Source: an uncultured bacterium
GTDB taxonomy: Bacteria > Planctomycetota > UBA1135 > GCA-002686595
Assembly: GCA_943787795.1 (NCBI GenBank)
Contig: CALSNU010000001.1
Span: 800,001 to 864,000, forward strand
Reading direction: 5' to 3'
Length of the DNA: 64,000 nucleotides
The notes beneath the pieces were generated by a model. It saw only the letters and a program-made list of their open reading frames with translations, did not search any database and had not been told where the DNA came from. Every line of letters begins with the position of its first letter. Positions within the stretch are counted from its first letter, which is position 1. Positions 8,252 to 17,329 of the stretch are shown piece by piece. Made by a program: the position numbers and the translations under genes.

Positions 8252-10242
8252 CGTCCTTCACCTTCCGGTTGATTGGACTTGGGCTGGAGGGGGACCCAGG
8301 TCGCCGCAGACTTCAGGGGCTCGATATAGAGCCGGCCCCCGAATCCAGCGATCAACGTGAGGTGGTCGGGGTCGAAGATCTGGCCGCGATGGTTGCCGTG
8401 GTCGAGCACGACGAGGCGCCCCTCGTCCATGGCGACGATCCCGCGCGGGTCGTGGAATTGGCCCGGCCCCAGGCCGCGCCCGCCGAATCCGCCCACGTGC
8501 CGGACGGCGCCGCCCGGTTGCCGCTCGAACCGCTCGACCCGGTCGGTGGCGCGGTCGGTGACCCAGATGCGATTCTCGCGAGAGGCCACGCCGTCAGGCT
8601 CCAAGAGGACCCCCTCGCCGAACGTCCGCAGCAGCTGCCCGCTGGGACCGAACTCCAGGACCCGTCCCCCTCGGGCGCCTGGGGCTCCCTCTCCGCCTGA
8701 GTCCACGACGAGGATTGTGCTGGCGGTGCCGAGGGTCGCCGGTGAGAGGCCCGCGATGCCGCGGATGGGCCCGGACTCGTCGTCGCCCTCGAGGGTCCCG
8801 ATCGTCTCCAGGTCGTGGTTGAGGATGAGCACCGAGTCCGTCGCGCGGTCCGAGACGAGGATCATCTCGTTGTTGGTACCCGGCGACAGGATCGACACCG
8901 CCCCCGGCCAGAACGGTCGGCCGGACGCGGCGGCGAGATCCAGGCCGTCGAGCTGCTGCGCCAGCTCAGGGTCTGCATTGAGCGGGCGCTGGGGCTGAAC
9001 GCGGAGCAGGGAGCGGGTGAGACGCGCGTTCCCCTCGTCCACCGCGAGCAGCGAGCGGCCACCGTTGAAGAGCCAGGTCGCGCAGGGGGTGCGGTACATG
9101 CCGAAGCGTGTCCCGTAGCTCGCCACGTCGGAGATCTTGGCCGGCTCCTTGCCCCTCAGGTCGTGGACCTGAACCTGGTGGCTCTCGGGAGAGACGGTCG
9201 CCATGTAGATCCCGCTGCCTGACAGGCTCGGTCCGAAGTGGGCAGCGGGCGGGCCGATCGCTGCCCGAAGGGGATCCTCTACAGGCTCCGCGCCCGGAGC
9301 GCGCCCGAAGAGCTGGACCCTGTCGTCCATGGGCTCGGCGACGGCGAGCAGCTGGGCGTCGCCCGAGACCGCGAGGGCCGCGGGGTAGTGGAGCGCGCCG
9401 GCACCCTCGCCCGGGCGGATCGCATGGACTCCGAACCGGTAGGCGAGCTCGCCGATCGCGGTGCCGGTGTTGAAGGCCTGAACTCGATGATTCTCGCGAT
9501 CGGCAACGAAGATCTTGCCGTCCGCAAATTCCACGTCGCTCGGGCCAGACAGGAGCGAGGGGTGGGGGCCCAGCTGCGAGAAGCTCTCCTCGTGCCCACC
9601 GTCGAGATCGAACACATGGATCCGGTGGGTCGCGCGATCGCAGATCGCGATCTGCAGCGCCCCGTCGGGCCCTTCGATGAAGCACGCGGCCTGGGGGCGA
9701 ACGAGCAGCTCCGCGCCGATGACATCGGGCGTGAGGGAGCCGCCTCGGAAGAGCTTCGCGGACCCAGCGCCGGGGTCGGCCACCACGACCAGCTGAGCCT
9801 CGCCGGACCCGGTCACGTCGACGCCAGCCGGGAGTGTGAGCGCCATCGCGTCCGCTGCGGGCACCGCTTCTCCTCCGCCCGCGGGGAGCAGCCAGAGCAT
9901 CCGCTGCAGCTCGTCGGTGATGAACACGTCTCCCTCCTCCGAGACCGCGAGCCCGACGGGCCGCTCGAGCTGGTCGGCGCCGAGCTCGGCGAGGTTCGGG
10001 GCGGGCGGCTCCGGGTCGGCGCTGGGCTCGAAGACCTGCACCGAAGGCGGGCGCTCGGCATCACCGCGCGTGGCGATGAACAGTGCGTTGGGTCTTCCTT
10101 GGAACGGGCCGAAGGCGGCCGCCACCGGTCGAGGGAGACCGGCGATCGTCGTGAGGTAAGCTCCGAGGTGTGAGGGCCCTTCATCGACGGTCTGCTGGGG
10201 GACCATCGAGGGCGAGAGGACGAGAGCGAGCAGCGCGAGCAT
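8248..10242 (-). CDS. Secreted NHL-repeat beta-propeller protein (probably two propellers)
   Basis: Repeated NHL motifs (LSGPSDV...IFVADRENHRVQAF, LHYPAALAV, GPGQFHDPRGI...DHGNHRGQIF); signal peptide. Confidence 0.8.
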   Translation of the reverse strand: MLALLALVLSPSMVPQQTVDEGPSHLGAYLTTIAGLPRPVAAAFGPFQGRPNALFIATRGDAERPPSVQVFEPSADPEPPAPNLAELGADQLERPVGLAVSEEGDVFITDELQRMLWLLPAGGGEAVPAADAMALTLPAGVDVTGSGEAQLVVVADPGAGSAKLFRGGSLTPDVIGAELLVRPQAACFIEGPDGALQIAICDRATHRIHVFDLDGGHEESFSQLGPHPSLLSGPSDVEFADGKIFVADRENHRVQAFNTGTAIGELAYRFGVHAIRPGEGAGALHYPAALAVSGDAQLLAVAEPMDDRVQLFGRAPGAEPVEDPLRAAIGPPAAHFGPSLSGSGIYMATVSPESHQVQVHDLRGKEPAKISDVASYGTRFGMYRTPCATWLFNGGRSLLAVDEGNARLTRSLLRVQPQRPLNADPELAQQLDGLDLAAASGRPFWPGAVSILSPGTNNEMILVSDRATDSVLILNHDLETIGTLEGDDESGPIRGIAGLSPATLGTASTILVVDSGGEGAPGARGGRVLEFGPSGQLLRTFGEGVLLEPDGVASRENRIWVTDRATDRVERFERQPGGAVRHVGGFGGRGLGPGQFHDPRGIVAMDEGRLVVLDHGNHRGQIFDPDHLTLIAGFGGRLYIEPLKSAATWVPLQPKSNQPEGEGR

Positions 10243-10409
10243 GGCTCCATCCTAAGCCGGGCGGCACGGACTCCCGAGGGATGCAGGAGCCCATTCTTCA
10301 CGGCTACACTTCCTTCATCGGGATCGAGAATCGAGTCGCTACCATCCGACCATCGAGACCTCCACGACCCGCACCGCACGGTGGGTGTGGGCGATCGGTC
10401 GCATCGCAC

Positions 10410-11690
10410 ATGACCAGGGAGAAGCTGACACCGCCTCCGGCAGGGCCGAAGGTCACGTCCGAGGAGGGGCTCCAGCCGGAGCTCCAGCCGGAGCTCCAGC
10501 CGGAGCTCCAGCCGGGGCTCCAGCCGTTCGGCGCTCCATCGCGTGCTCCCCGGGGCAGCGCGTTGGCCCGCGCGCTTGAGGACCTTCGCGAGGCCGGAGG
10601 GATGGGAGGCGTGGTGCCCTCGCCTCCTCCTGCCGATCTGGGCCCCGCCGCCGGTGATGCCCGTGACGCCCGAGAGACCCGTGACAACCGGGACGCACAG
10701 GAGGCCAGCGCACTGCGCACTCCCCCGCTGCTGGTTGAGCCGTTTGTGTTCGGGGAGGAGGGCTCTGCTGCGGAGGAAGCTGCTGAGACCAAACGGGTGG
10801 TTCGCTCTGAGATCGGAGCGGACGCCCCAGCAGCCAAGTCAGCAGCCAAGCCAGCAGCCAAGCCAGCAGCCGAATCAGCAGCCGAATCAGCAGCCGAGCC
10901 GGCCGCCACGCTGGATCAAGCTCGGACCGAGCCGCGCTCCTTGGACAACACGCTCACCTCCACGATCCGGCGATGGGCCAAGCCCACCACGCCCAAGGAG
11001 CTCGAGGCGCGAGGCGTGAAGCGGGTGCGCAGCGTGAGCATGTCGCGGATCGCTTCTCTCATCGAGAAGGCCATCAACCGAGAGCTCATCGCCCGGACCC
11101 TGGATGGGGATACTGACGATGCGCTCTCGCTCTCAGCCAACGCGCGCGCGGGGTTCCTCGAGCTCGCTCGGACCGAGATGTCGGGCCGGGTCGACGTGGG
11201 GGCGGACTCGAGCGCCTTCGCGGACCTCGACCGGCTACGAGACGAGCTGGAGGCGCGGCGCGCCGAGCTCGAGGAGAGGGGGCGAAGCCTGGACGGGAGC
11301 GACTTCGGAGTCGAAGACGAAGCGCTGGAGCGCCGACTGCGAGCGGTGTTTGCCTCACGGCCTGAACGGCGAGACCCGGAGCTAGAGCGGGCCGTGGTGC
11401 AGGCTGCGCTCGGGGAGCTGGGCGAGATGCGGAGCCGAGCAGCCGAGCGGCGGATGGCGGAGAGCCGTCGAGAGACCCGACAGCTGGAGCGCCGGATCAC
11501 GAAGCTCGCCGGCCTGCTGGAGCAGACGGAGGGAGAGCTCCGCCGGACGCGCGCCCGCGGCGCCCAGGAGACAGGCGTGGCCTCGATCTACTCGGAGGTC
11601 CAGGGGCTCGACGAGGGAGACGGCCGCCTCGAGCAGAAGAAGGACCTCATGAAGTGCATCTTCGAGGCCAACCTCGAGCTGCAACATTGA
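10410..11690 (+). CDS. Hypothetical protein with low-complexity N-terminus and coiled-coil C-terminus
   Basis: Long ORF with gene-like codon use; charged heptad-rich C-terminal half; start uncertain. Confidence 0.6.
   Translation: MTREKLTPPPAGPKVTSEEGLQPELQPELQPELQPGLQPFGAPSRAPRGSALARALEDLREAGGMGGVVPSPPPADLGPAAGDARDARETRDNRDAQEASALRTPPLLVEPFVFGEEGSAAEEAAETKRVVRSEIGADAPAAKSAAKPAAKPAAESAAESAAEPAATLDQARTEPRSLDNTLTSTIRRWAKPTTPKELEARGVKRVRSVSMSRIASLIEKAINRELIARTLDGDTDDALSLSANARAGFLELARTEMSGRVDVGADSSAFADLDRLRDELEARRAELEERGRSLDGSDFGVEDEALERRLRAVFASRPERRDPELERAVVQAALGELGEMRSRAAERRMAESRRETRQLERRITKLAGLLEQTEGELRRTRARGAQETGVASIYSEVQGLDEGDGRLEQKKDLMKCIFEANLELQH
10469..10526 (+). repeat. 12 bp tandem repeat (GGAGCTCCAGCC), encodes ELQP
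   Basis: About 4-5 near-identical units seen directly. Confidence 0.85.
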
Positions 11691-11772
11691 GGAGCGGCCG
11701 CCCATCACGGGTGCCCCTCATCTCATCGCCGCGTGCTGCGCGACGCGCCCACAGCGTCCAGGGGCCGGCGAA

Positions 11773-13038
11773 CTAGCGGTGGAACAGCGGGAGCGTGTCG
11801 TCCGGCAGAGCCAGGAACAGCACGTTGCTCGCGGTCGCGTAGGCGGCACCGTAGCGGTTCACGAACTTCAGCCCGTTGCCGCCAACCCGGACGTCCTTCC
11901 AGGATCCTGACGGTTCCTGGGACGCGCACAGGCGCCGCATGACCGGCTCTGCCCAGCGGCGATAGTGGCTCGTATCCCGGTGGTGCCACAGGGCCTGGCT
12001 GAGGTAGAACCGCTCGTAGTAGGGGAAGGGATCGGCAGCCCCGGCGCCGTCCTCTTCTCGCTCGAGGAGCTTGCGCCAGATGAAGTCATAGCCCTCCTGG
12101 ACTCTGGGGCCGTCGTACGTCCCGCTGGCCTGCAGGGTCACGAGGCCTGCGGCGGTCAGGGCGATCGAGGTCTGGGGGTCGTCGAGCCCATACTTGAAGC
12201 CGCCGAGGGTCTGGCGGGCGCGCCTGCGGGCCGCCTCCTTGTCGTCCACGGCGGGGTCGTCCTGCGACGGGAGCTCCATCACCTGGAGTCGGGTCACGTA
12301 GTCCACGGCCTCGGCCACCGCGTCGGGGTTCACGCGGATCCCGACGTCGTTGGCGGCGCGCATGGCCTGAACCATCGCCACGGTGACGGACCCCTCGTGT
12401 TGGATCGAGCGGGCGGCGGAGTAGTACCAGCCGCCCTCGGCGCCCTGAGATCCTTCGATGCGATCGATGGCGGCGAGCAGCGTCTCGCCGATGCGCTTGC
12501 CGAGCGGAGTGTTCGGAGAGACGGTGTAGGCCTGCGCGAGGGCCAGGGTCGCGAGGCCGTGCCCGTGGGTCCGCGAGATGTTGTCGCCGCGATCCTCGAT
12601 GAAGCCTGGGAAGTCGTCGGAGCCACGGTGGGTGCTGGCGAGGAGGTACTCGATGGCCCTCCGCACCTGCTCCTGGTGCTCACCGCGGGTGAGCGTGGAG
12701 CCGCCCGACATCCAGGCCAGGGCGGCCAGCGAGGTGACCGCGAGCGGAGCTCGCTGACCAGGTTCGGCGTCCCCGACCTCGACCGAGCCATCCCGGGAGC
12801 TCTGTCGCGTCGACAGCCACTTGAGGCCCCGACCGATGGCCGTGATCCGCTCGGCGTCACCCTCCTGGGGATAGGGCCGCAGGGAGTCGTCCTCTTGGAG
12901 CTGGGGCCCGGCCAGGAGCAGGCGGCCCGTCGAGGACGGGGTGCCCTTGCTGCGCTCGTCCGTCGGCGCGGCCGCGTGGGCGCAGACGCTCACGCAGAAA
13001 ACAGCCAGGAGGCCGCGGGCGATCAGTCGGAGGGGCAT
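11773..13038 (-). CDS. Exported prenyltransferase/squalene-oxidase-repeat (alpha/alpha barrel) protein
   Basis: RGLKWL..RQ..DGS, QGAEGGWYY and QEPSGSW QW-like repeats, HGLATLALAQ; signal peptide; ends LPLFHR. Confidence 0.8.
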   Translation of the reverse strand: MPLRLIARGLLAVFCVSVCAHAAAPTDERSKGTPSSTGRLLLAGPQLQEDDSLRPYPQEGDAERITAIGRGLKWLSTRQSSRDGSVEVGDAEPGQRAPLAVTSLAALAWMSGGSTLTRGEHQEQVRRAIEYLLASTHRGSDDFPGFIEDRGDNISRTHGHGLATLALAQAYTVSPNTPLGKRIGETLLAAIDRIEGSQGAEGGWYYSAARSIQHEGSVTVAMVQAMRAANDVGIRVNPDAVAEAVDYVTRLQVMELPSQDDPAVDDKEAARRRARQTLGGFKYGLDDPQTSIALTAAGLVTLQASGTYDGPRVQEGYDFIWRKLLEREEDGAGAADPFPYYERFYLSQALWHHRDTSHYRRWAEPVMRRLCASQEPSGSWKDVRVGGNGLKFVNRYGAAYATASNVLFLALPDDTLPLFHR

Positions 13039-13057
13039 CAGCGAGGAAGCTCTTGGC

Positions 13058-14050
13058 TCAGCGCTTGCCGCCCTTGTTGAGCCGCTTGTAGTACGAGTCG
13101 ACCCAGTCCCGATAGCGGGGGGGGACGTCCTCGCTGACGCCGTTCTGGAAGACCTTGCGCAGGTGAACCGGGAGGTCACCCCACTCCTCGGCCCCGCTCG
13201 CGCCCGAGGGGCCGCCGGTCTCGCTGAGAGGGGGCGCGTCGGCCTGCCCGTCTTCTCCGGCGTCCGACTCCTGGCTCCCGCGGGGCTGCTGACCGTCGCC
13301 GGGCTCCCCTTGCTGCTCCTCACCCTCACCCGGTTCCGGCGGGCGTTCGCCGCTCTCTTGCTTGCGGCTATTCGACGGGGTCTGCCCCTGCTGGGGCGTG
13401 CCCTGGCTTGAGGGGCTCTGACTCTGGCTGCTGGAGCTGCTGGAACTGCTGCTCTGCTGCTCGGCCATCTCCAGGATCGTCTGGATATCGTCCAGGGTCG
13501 CTTCGCTCTGGCTCCGGGTGGCCCCGAGGATGCGAGCCATCCCGGAGGAGGCGCCCGCGGCCCCCTGCTCGGCCTCACGGATGAGCTCGTCGATGCCGGC
13601 GCTTCCGATGTCGTCGGCTCCTGAGACGTCTCCGCTGCTGGCCTCGTAGAGGAGGTCGGTCACACGCTGGAGGCGCTTCTCGACCTTGAGGAAGAGCTGC
13701 TCGATGTCCTCTGGCCCGCCGGCACCGCCGGGGGGCGCGAAGGGGTTCATCCCCCGCAGGTCGGTCTCGTCCTGCTCAGGGGTGGGGGGGGGAGCGCCGG
13801 CCTCCCGGGGATCGGTCTCTTGAGGCTCCGTCTTTGGGGCCCCGCCTTCCTGGCCGGTTTGCTCTGTGCCGGTTTGCTCTGTGCCGGTCTGCGATGTGCG
13901 GGTTTGCTCTGCACTCGAAGCAGGGAGGGCGGAATCGACGGGGGCCGCCGACTCCTGTGCTCCGGCGAGCGCCGCGAGCATGAGGGCGCCGGCCGTGAAG
14001 GTGGCTCGACGAAGGGGGGGCGTGGTGCGGTTCATGATCTGGTTCCTCAT
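13058..14050 (-). CDS. Exported low-complexity protein with conserved-looking C-terminal WGxLP...YRxxxxxYY motif
   Basis: Signal peptide; WGDLPVHLR...VPPRYRDWVDSYYKRL resembles the ends of DUF4175-type proteins in MoxR clusters; ATGA overlap with upstream gene. Confidence 0.65.
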   Translation of the reverse strand: MRNQIMNRTTPPLRRATFTAGALMLAALAGAQESAAPVDSALPASSAEQTRTSQTGTEQTGTEQTGQEGGAPKTEPQETDPREAGAPPPTPEQDETDLRGMNPFAPPGGAGGPEDIEQLFLKVEKRLQRVTDLLYEASSGDVSGADDIGSAGIDELIREAEQGAAGASSGMARILGATRSQSEATLDDIQTILEMAEQQSSSSSSSSSQSQSPSSQGTPQQGQTPSNSRKQESGERPPEPGEGEEQQGEPGDGQQPRGSQESDAGEDGQADAPPLSETGGPSGASGAEEWGDLPVHLRKVFQNGVSEDVPPRYRDWVDSYYKRLNKGGKR

Positions 14051-17000
14051 CGGTCTTCGCTCTCCTGATCCTGACCCTCGACGGGCGACGCTCCCTGACC
14101 CTGGCCAAACCCGAGGCGCTGGCGCATGTCCGTGAACAGCTCCAGGACGCGCTCGTGTTGGCTTGCGAGTCGCGCGATATCCCGCAGGATCAGCGGGTCG
14201 AGCTCCTCGCCGGCAGCGATCTCGGGGTAGAGGTCGTAGAGCTGATCCACGCGCTGGAGGAGATCCTCCTCCAGCTTGGCGAGGAGCTTGAGCTCGGCCA
14301 CGTCCGGGATGAGCTGGTTCGAGTCCTGCTGCTGCTGTTCTTCTTGCTGCTGGTCCTGCTGTTCCTGCTGCTCTTGTTCCTCCTCGGCACGTCGCTCGAG
14401 CTCATCTTCGAGCGCTTCGCGCAGCAGGGCGAGGCCATCGGCCACGTCGTCCTGCAGGGCCTGAGTGCGGTCACCGGAGCGGTACCCCCCCTGCATCGGA
14501 CAGGTCCTTGACCACGCGGCGAAGGTCCCGAGCAGCACGGTCGAGGACCTCGGCGAAGACCATGGTGCCCTCGGCGCGGATCGCCTCCACGATGCCGTCG
14601 ATGCGCGTCGCGAGCGCCTCCTCCTCACGCGAGATGTTCCGCAGCCGGATCTTCTCGCTCCGCGAGGGGCGAGCCTTGCGGGTGGCGTCGAGGTCGCGGG
14701 TCTCCTGCATCTGCACGCGGTGCAGAGCTTCGATCTCGATCACCTCCTCCTTGATCTGGAACAGGAGCTCCTCCTGCCGCAGTGAGTCGTACTGCTCTTC
14801 CTCTTCCTCCAGCTCATCGAGGGCCTCCTCGATCTTCTGTTCGGTCTCCTCTTCCTTCGACTCCGCCTCGTCGAGGTCGCCGCTCTCCAGCGCTTCGGAG
14901 GCCTCCGCTGCGCTCTCCGCTGCCTCGGAGAGGGCCTTGTTGGAGTCGGCCATCTCGTTCCGCTCCTCGTTGCGCTCGGCGAGGGCGAGGAGCTTCTCCT
15001 CGAGGGCTTGCTGCCGATCTGCGAGCTCCTCGGCGCGCTGCTGCTGCTCCTCGTTCTGAGGCTGAGCTCCCTGCTGAGCCTCCCGGGCCGCGTCTCGCAA
15101 GGCGTCGACGGCCTCCCGCTGGGCCTCGGCTGCTGCCGAGCTTCCGCTGGGCTGCTCGAGGGCCTCGCTGGCCTCGCTCATGGACTGTTGAGCCTCTTCG
15201 ATGGCCTGCTCGACGGCGTCGGAGGCCTCAGGGCTCATTCCGGCCGCCTCGGCGGCCTCGGCGATGTCGCCGACCTCCTGCTCGAGGGCCTCTTGCGCGG
15301 CCTGGGCCGCTTCGGCCTCTGCCTGGTCCTCGGAGCCAGTCGCCGCTCCGATGGCCTCTTCGAGGGCCTCGCGAGCGGCCGCCAGCTCCTCGGCGGCTTG
15401 CTCCGCGGCCTGCTCCGCGTCCTGCTGGCGCTGTGCCGCCTCGGACGGGGAGGGGCTACTCTGCTGCTGGCCACTCTGCTGCTGGCCACTCTGCTGCTGG
15501 CCGCTCTGCTGCTGGCCGCCTCTGCTGCTGGCCGCCTCTGCTGCTGGCCGCCTCTGCTGCTGGCCGCCTCTGCTGCTGGCCGCCTCTGCTGCTGCCGCCT
15601 CTGCTGCTGGCCGACTCTGCTGCTGGCCGCTCTGCTGCTGGCCGCTCTGCTGCTGGCCGCTCTGCTGCTGCCGCTCTGCTGCTGGCCGCCTCTGCTGCTG
15701 GCCGCTCTGCTGCTGGCCGCTCTGCTGCTGGCCGCTCTGCTGCTGGCCACTCTGCTGCTGGCCGCCCTGCTGGGAGGCGGCGGCAGCGGCTTCACGAGCC
15801 GCCGATGCAGCCCGCTCCATGGCTTCTTGGGCCCGCGCGAGGGCGTCGGCCACCTCCGAGGCTCCGGGGAGTGATCCCTCCGACTCCGCGGCGCGGCGTG
15901 CCTCACGCTCCAGGTTCGCCGCGGCGCTGGCCGCGGCCTTCTGCCGCTCCTGTGCCTTGTCTGCCTCACTGGCGGCCCGTCCGAGCGCCCGGTCGAGAGC
16001 TGCGAGGGCCTCGGTGGTCGCCTCGCGGACCCGCTGCTTGGCTTCGCGTCCGGCATCGGCGTCGCCCGGCGCGTCCCTCGCCTCGCGCTTCGCTTCGGCG
16101 CTGGCGGCTTCCGCTGCCGCAAGCTCCTGGTCGATCTCTGTGGCCTGGGCAGCGGTCGCTTCACGCTCGCCGGCCTCTGCGGCCTCGGCCAGGGCCTGCG
16201 CGGTGCCCTGAGCCATGCGGCGCGCGCTGCTGGCCGCTTCCCTGCGCTCCGCAGCGGCAGCACGGGTCTCGGCCGCCTGCTGCGCGGCGGCCTCGGTCGC
16301 CTGAGCGCGAGCCCCTGGAGCGGCACCGTCCGCTGTGCTCTGGGCAATCTGCTGCGCGACCTCCCGGAGGTCTCCGGCTGCCTCCAGGAGCTGTTCGTCC
16401 CCCGACAGCTCTCCGCGGCGTTCGAGGTTGTCCGCTACGCGGTCGAGCTCCGCGGCGGCGTCGGCGGCGGCCTCTGGGGTGGCCTTGGTGGGGGCTGCGT
16501 TCCTGGAGGCCTCCTCGAGGGCGGCGGCGGCCCGATCGAGGTCCGCTGCGCGCGCCTCGTCGGAGCGCGCAGCTGCGAGCGAGGGGCGCATGGACTCGAG
16601 CATCGAACGGTCCGCGGCGCTCGCCGCACGGAGCGCCTCCGCGCGGGCGCGCTGCTCCGCTTCGAGCGACTTGAGCTCAGACAGCAAGCGCTCGGCGTCG
16701 AGGAGGCCAGACTCCCGTGAGCGCTCCTCGTTCTCACGCAGGAGGCGCTGCTGCTCCTCGATGGCGCTCTCGATCCGATCGATGACCTCACGCTGCTCCG
16801 GCGTCGTCGCGTCCTGGCGGAGCTCCTCGGTGTCCTCGCGGATGTCCTGCTCTTCGCTCGCGATGGCGTTGAGCTCGGCGCGGATCTCGCGGATGGCCTG
16901 GAGGTCCTCTTCGATCGACTCTTGCCGGTCGCGCTCGGTGAGAATGTCAAGGAGTCGGGCGACGCGCCCGATGATGCGCTCCTGTCGTTCCAGCGCGGCG

Positions 17001-17329
17001 AGGACCCGGTTGCCCTCGAGGTCCTCGCTGGAGTTGTTCATGAGCTCCTCGATGGTCCGTCCCTCCGCGTCCGTCGGGCGCTCATCGAGGAATTCCAGGG
17101 CCTGGCGCAGGAGCGCGGCGGCGCCCGGGCGTTGCTCGGCCTCGTAGCGCGGGGCGAGCTTCACGATCTTCTCGCGCAGCCGCTTGATCTGCCGTTGCAA
17201 GCTCAGCTGCTCGTCCGCGAGAGCACGCCGGTCCCTGGACCGGTCATCCTGCGGGGCGCTCAGGGTCGGCGTCGCCGAGCTGGTCGCGCCAACGAGCAGG
17301 ATCATCATCGTGAGGAGAGGTCGCTTCAT
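14047..17329 (-). CDS. Long exported coiled-coil protein (DUF4175-like), apparent frameshift at C7 run 14485-14491
   Basis: Signal peptide MKRPLLTMMILL; E/Q/A-rich heptads; deleting one base gives ...LSDAGGYRSGDRTQALQDD continuing to stop at 14047. Confidence 0.7.
15460..15775 (-). repeat. About 15 bp tandem repeat tract (CTCTGCTGCTGGCCG on +), encodes SGQQQ
   Basis: About 20 units with length variants seen directly. Confidence 0.9.

Noticed and set aside
15460..15775. Possible CRISPR array
   Set aside because: Contiguous short tandem units with no unique spacers, inside a CDS; no cas genes in the window
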